Of a stretch of DNA of 64,000 nt, positions 54,978-64,000 are shown one piece after another. This stretch comes from the human T2T-CHM13v2.0 reference genome, Homo sapiens. The stretch is from assembly GCF_009914755.1 (NCBI RefSeq), contig NC_060940.1; one strand, written 5' to 3'. A program made the translations under genes and the position numbers. Each line of letters begins with the position of its first letter. The stretch's first letter is position 1. A model generated the notes under the pieces. The model was given only the letters and a program-made list of their open reading frames with translations, had not been told where the DNA came from and did no database searches.

Positions 54978-56100
54978 TGAGATGCAGTATCTCCCTTCAA
55001 TGAACTCTCATCTAGAGAGTGTCATCTTTTATCCTTCACTGAGAAAGACTGATTATTAACTTCCCCTCCCCCACCCTCAGCTTAGAACCATTGCAGCAAA
55101 TGCTCTTTCCCAGGCACATAACTGAGCCGCAATCGTGACTGGGACTGGAACTATCAGATCCTTGTGTTGCCTGGATAACATTCTGCCATTCTTTCACTTC
55201 ATTCATGCACCAAGTATGGACTGTGTGCCTCCCATGTATCAGGCATTGTGTGAAGAACTGGGGATAAAAGGGTTAAAACTGCTGGGCGTGGTGGCTCACA
55301 CCTGTAATCTCAACACTTTGGGAGGCTGAGGTGGTGGGGGTGATTGCCTAAGGCCAGGAGTTCAAGACCAGCCTGGGCAACATAGCAAGGCCCCCAACTT
55401 CACAAAACATTTAAAAATTAGCTAGGCATGGTGGTGCATACCTGTAGTCCCAGCTACTTAAGAGGCTGAATTGGGAGGATCACTTGAGCCCTGGAGGTTG
55501 AGGCTGCAGTGAACTCTGATCACACCACTGCACTCCAGCCTGGGTGACAGAGTAAGACTTTGTTTCTGAAAAACAAAACAATAAAAGAAATGTTAGAAGG
55601 ACACGGCCCCAGTGTGTGGAAGCCAGCAGTCCCTGCCCAGCCCCTGGAGCACCAGGCACTGCCTAATTCATCTCAAGCCTCTCCCTCTGCGATTCATCAA
55701 GCAGAGTCACTGTGCTGTCTAGTAAAACTTCTGGGGTGTAATCTCCTTCTGGGGTGTGACTCCTTGAGGGCTGAGACCCTTTCCTGTTTGTCTTGCTTCT
55801 CACAGTGGCCAGCCCAGAGCCTATGTCATGTGGGCAGCCCATGCGTGTGGGATGAGTGGTTGAGGGAACAAATATGACACAGGCAGCGTTTAGGGCAGAG
55901 AGGAGGAAGTAAAGTCATTAGCCAAATAGTCAAGACTCCAGCACCTTGAGTCCTGTCCTCAGCCCACACTAGCTGGGTGACCTGAGGAGGATGACCCAAC
56001 TTCTCAGGGCCTCAGTTTTGCATCTGTGAAACAGGGGTGACAGCAGTCCCCGTCGCGGGGCTGCTGTGAGGGTTCAATTAGCTAGTATAAATAAAGTGCA

Positions 56101-56764
<664 letters not shown>

Positions 56765-58980
56765 TCACTATCCCATGCCCGCTTCTTCTTTCCACCTCCT
56801 GAGCTTCCCAGACAGTGCTCCCAAACTGTCACCACACCGGAACGCCACGCCTTCAGGGTGGGTTTTTGGAGCAGAGCGTCTTCCCGAGTACCTCTGTATT
56901 TGTGTATTTTTACACTTTAGAATTAAAATAAATTGTATTTTAAGAAAATGTGGGGGTACAACAGGGATTGTCCTTCAAAGAGAGAAGTGAGAGTGACTGC
57001 AGGCAGGGAGAGGAAGGGCAGAAACTTTAGGGTAACTCCACTCGGGCCCCGTGGGTGAAGATGGGGCGGAAACGGACCCAGAAATCCGAGGGTTTCTGCC
57101 CACCAGGTTTCTGTTCTCTTCTTTCCACAGAAAACAAAGGACACAGGAGACAGACCCCAAATTTTTCAGTTTCACTTAGGCAAATCAGATCCGAATTAAG
57201 GCAGCAGCGTCCGATCTGGTTTCTCCATGTCCACCTCCTCCCCTGTTTGTGCCAGAACCACACCCCCCTGACCTGCTGCCCTGCTGGAACCTTTTTAAAC
57301 CAGCGCTCCTGGGTTCAGGGACGGAGCAGGGATGGTGAGGATCAGCCCAAGACAGGCTAGCTGCTCTCCAGACTCCCCCAGACCCTCCCTCTGCCCTTGA
57401 CCTCTTGCCATGGGCTCAGCCTGGGCTCTGAGCACCCCAGGAGGCTAGACGGGGAGCTGGGCTCTGCTGACTCAGGGTCCCACGGGGCTGAGGAGATGGG
57501 TGACGGGCAGCACCCTCCTTCCTCACTTACATCATTTCCCCAGCGCCATCCTTTCTCTGGAAACATCATAGTCATGATTCACTGAAGTGGGGCTATGAGT
57601 TTTAGACACCCTGAGTTCCAGGCTGCAGTCACACGGCTCTCATTTGTAAAAGGGGTGGGTTGAGTTGAGGACACGTCCTGTCTTCCTCTTTGCTGAGCCT
57701 GAGTTGTCTGTTCTAAAAGCGAGTGGTCTCACCATGGCTTTCTTCCAATTCGAGTTCACCTTGGCTGAGCCCGGGGCACCGTGGAAGTCGGTGGGCAGCT
57801 TGAGAGGAGACGGGGTCTTTCATATGTCCAGGGTCCTCCTCTCCTGCCTCCTCCGCCAGAGGTGGACCTCAACCCGGGGAAAGGGGGTGTCCTGAAGGCT
57901 GGGATTGTGGCCTCCTCGAAGGCGAGGGCTCTCTGGCCCTCACCCTGCCCACAAGACCAGCCCTGCATCCCCAATTGCCAGTTCCTCTTCTATCCTCTCC
58001 AGACCCTGCACTACTTCCTCTTTTGGGGGGATTTTCTGTTGCTGTCTCCTTCTTGGCGTTCAACCCTCCATCTTCTCTCTCTGTAGTTTTCTTTGTCTCC
58101 CCCTTTCTCCAGGGCCCTCTCCTACCCACGCGGCTTGGAAGTGTGTCCGAGGCTGTCACTCCAGGTGACAGCACTGCCGCCTTCCTCACGCCGGCCCCTC
58201 CTCTGCCCATGCCAGCCTGGCCTTCCCGCCGCCCCAGCATGGCCCACTCCTGGGTCTCTGATGGCCTCTGTGACCAGAGCCGGGGACCTCCTCATCTCCT
58301 GCCTCACTGGATGTCTGGCAGGCTGTGCCATGGTTCATGTCCCCTGTCCGGCCTGCCCGTCTCTCTCCCAGCCTCCTCCTGCCTCTCTGTGGGGCCTCCT
58401 CAGTCTTCAGCATCTCCTGCTCTGCGGCCACCGCTGCTGTTTCCATGGCCTGCATGCTCCTCCCTCATCACACTCTCACCAGGACCTTGCCCAGCACTTC
58501 TGCTGATGGGCCCAGAATCCAGGCTGTTCCTGAGGTCCAGACCCACACACCCAGCTACCTCCGACCTCTCTCTCGGAGGCTCCACAGATGCCCTCTTCCC
58601 ACCAGGACAGCTGTCACAGCACAGCAATGATCACAGCTGCCAGCCCAGGTTTCTACCCACTCTCCCGAGCCCTCCACACTACTCAACTCTCCCAGCAACA
58701 ACAGGGGGTGTGGACTTTCATGATCACTCCCATTTTGCAGATGAGGAAACTGAGGCACAAAGAGGTTGAAATAGTCCAAGCTCTTAAACACTGCACTCTG
58801 GTTTCCTCAAAACTGAGGTTGGCCTAACCCCTATCCTTCCTCCTCCATCACCTTCGTCCTCCCTGCAGCGACCGATCAGCCTCCAGCCCATCCCCACAGC
58901 CACCAGCCCACCCCAAAGACCCCCAACATCTCTCTCCTGACAAATCAGTCTCCAGCTGCTTCCCAAAGAAACCATGCCCC

Positions 58981-59399
<419 letters not shown>

Positions 59400-60439
59400 T
59401 CACCAGGTGTGGTGGCTCACACCTGTGATCCCAGCAATTTAGGAGGCTGAGGCAGGAGGATTGATTGAGATCAGGAGTTTGAGACCAGCCTGGCCAACAT
59501 GGGGAAACTCTGTCTCTACTAAAATTAAAAAATATATATATATAAATATATATATATATTCAGGTGCAGTGGTGCAATCCTATAGTCCTGGCTACTCAGG
59601 AGGCTGAGGCAGGAGGATCCCTTGGGCCCAGGAGTTCGAAGCAGCAGTGAACTATGCACCCACTGCACTCCAGCCTGGGTGGCAGAGCAAGACCCTGTTT
59701 CTGAAATTAAAAAAAAAAATTGATGTACATTAGGGGGGCTTCCACGGCCTGAGGCCTGCTTCCCCTTGCTTTCCTCCCAGTGGCCCTGACCTTGTCTCTT
59801 ACAACTTCCCACCCTGACTGTCTGGTTCCCATTGCTGATTTCACACACAGACCCTCCTGTCCCCTGCCTCATCCATGTCTGGCTGCTCTGTCATCTCCCA
59901 ACTTTGGTTGCTTTCAATGCTCAGCTCAAGCACCACCTCTTTCAGGAAGCCTTCTCAGAAAGCCACACCTTCACAACCCGGGTGAGGCACCCTGTGGTCT
60001 CTGTGCTTCCCCCTCACAGCAATGAACTTGCTGTTTATACATCTGCCTCTCCACTGACCCCAGGGCTGGTGCTTTGTGGTTTATATTTTCTTCCCCACCT
60101 AGCAGAGGGCTTGCATCTCCAGGCTCAAATTAGGCTTCTTGAATAAATGATGAATAAATGAGTGAATGAATGAATGAACAAATACTCGCTCTGTGCTCCT
60201 CCTAGGGACCCGGATGCCCCACTCCTTGGCCCAGACTTTCCAGGTCAGAGTGGAGGGCTCCCACCAGGGTTTCCTTTAGGGTCCTGAGGGGTTGGCATCT
60301 GCCCAAACCCCCTCCAGTCTGGCTGAAATTTCAAGGTCAAGGGGTGCCTTCTGGCAGTCAAGGGTGAGCCTGGGAGGGGCAGGGCAGGGATTTGCATCCA
60401 TCTAAGCAAAGGGCATCAAGCCAAGTCATCTGATGAGAG

Positions 60440-60590
60440 TGACTCCGGTTGGGGGGTGGGGGCGTGTGGGAGGCCGAGCCTGTCCTCGGATCAGTTGCGT
60501 ACTCTGCCCGCCCCCTCTGACTCATGCTGACAATCTTCTTCCTTCCCCTGGCCACCTCTCTGCCCACTTGCTTCCTCAGTACCTTGGTCC
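60440..60590 (+). promoter_or_regulatory. ITGAX: ITGAX proximal TATA-less promoter: GC/GT boxes (60451-60466, 60507-60513), AP-1 TGACTCA (60518-60524), pyrimidine tract, Ets/PU.1-type CTTCCT (60571-60576)
   Basis: Motifs seen directly within ~200 bp upstream of the ATG; matches the established Sp1/AP-1/Ets architecture of the CD11c promoter. Confidence 0.85.
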
Positions 60591-60644
60591 AGCTCTTCCT
60601 GCAACGGCCCAGGAGCTCAGAGCTCCACATCTGACCTTCTAGTC

Positions 60645-62754
<2,110 letters not shown>

Positions 62755-63877
62755 GTGAGTGTCGGGACCACCAAGGCTTTGAGGAGCTCACGCACATCCA
62801 ATTGGGGGTGCGGTGGGCTAGAGACAGTCTTGCCAGAGTGGATCAGAAAGAAGGGATCTGGAAAAAGAGTTACCACGTGTTGCAGTGGTTCCTGACGCTG
62901 CTGCCCGCACATCCTGCCGATCGCCCGCACGCTGCCGGACCTTTCCTGTGACCTTAACCTCTCCAAGCCTCAGTTTCTTCATCTGTTGGATGGGGATAAT
63001 AACACACCCAGCACTGAAAGCAACACAGGATGATTCATGGCCAGGGGTTAGCACAGCAGCTAGCACCAGGCGACAGCCCCATGAAGGCCAGCTGTTGTTA
63101 TTTTTAGAGGAGAGGATCTATTTTCATCCAATGGGTCCTGGGATATGACCAATTGGTTTGTGCCGTAGTTTAGGAAAGGTCAGTGAAAGTGCAGTGTGAG
63201 CAACGTGTGTGTGTGTACATGTGTGTATATGTATGCATGTGTATACATGTGCACATGCACACATGTACATGCATGTGTGTGCATGTATGTGTGTGTGCGT
63301 GTGCACATGCAGGTTGAGACGCAGGGCCTGACTTCCCTGGTGCTGATGGGGAAGAAAGATAAGGAAGCAAAACAGTGGGCTTTGGCAGGCTGAGGCCTCC
63401 CCCTGGTTTCACATTTGCTCTCAAGCCTTTGGTGAGACTGACATCTGGCTGCAAATAGGGTGTGCCTTCCAGCACCTCCGTGGGTCCAGACTCCATCCAC
63501 AGGGGCCTGGGCACCCATCAGAATGCCCAGGACACCTGTCTCTCCGGTGGAGGCCTCTGGGGCAGAGGGGATGCTTGAGAGGTCACATGGAAGGGGGTTT
63601 CCTCTCCAGGTGCTGGAAGATCGTCTCTTCTCAGGACAGATGCTAACTTCACACAGGAGGGGAGTGGGGGCCTGTATTTAAGCTGAGAACAGAACAGGCC
63701 CAGTGTGTGGCTGTTGCCTGGGATGATTTGTTTAAAATATTAACAATCAAGGCAAGAGGGTTGTTTGAGGCCTGGAGTTTGAGACCAGCCTGGGCAACAT
63801 AGTGAGACCTCATCTCTACAAAAAATAAATATAAAATACAAAGTAGCTTGGCATGCTGTTACATACCTCTAGTCCTA

Positions 63878-64000
<123 letters not shown>

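Noticed and set aside
57975-58769. 264-aa Pro/Ser/Leu-rich ORF upstream of ITGAX
   Set aside because: Non-ATG start, low-complexity C-rich DNA, ends in a MIR-like motif (DEETEAQRG); no recognisable domain.

Overview
Human genomic DNA from the beta2-integrin alpha-chain cluster (recognised from the protein sequences as chr16p11.2). The + strand carries the 3' half of ITGAM/CD11b (18 exons matching exons 13-30, 2936-37128, with a 3'UTR to about 38290). After a ~22 kb intergenic region come the promoter and first five exons of ITGAX/CD11c (ATG at 60645). ITGAM intron 14 (3377-26661, ~23 kb) is a nested stack of retroelements: L1M, L1PB1-like, a 5'-inverted L1PA4-like element, L1PA8-like, many Alus including an AluYb8 chimera, and a MaLR LTR. 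These insertions split what looks like an unrecognised antisense mRNA-3'UTR retrocopy. The intergenic region has a full-length but dead L1PA4-like element with a clear TSD, LTRs, a ~200 bp inverted repeat and an AluYa5 near the ITGAX promoter. I found no new gene system; most ORFs in the track are repeat-derived or shadow frames. The most unusual signal is that the two independently inserted L1s bracketing ITGAM exons 15-30 share private frameshifts and missense changes. By eye they have an ~840 bp perfectly identical tract, only in the part that lies in inverted orientation. This points to recent non-allelic gene conversion and a ready-made substrate for inverting or deleting the CD11b 3' half. 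Repeat subfamily calls are from recalled diagnostic motifs, not a database search.
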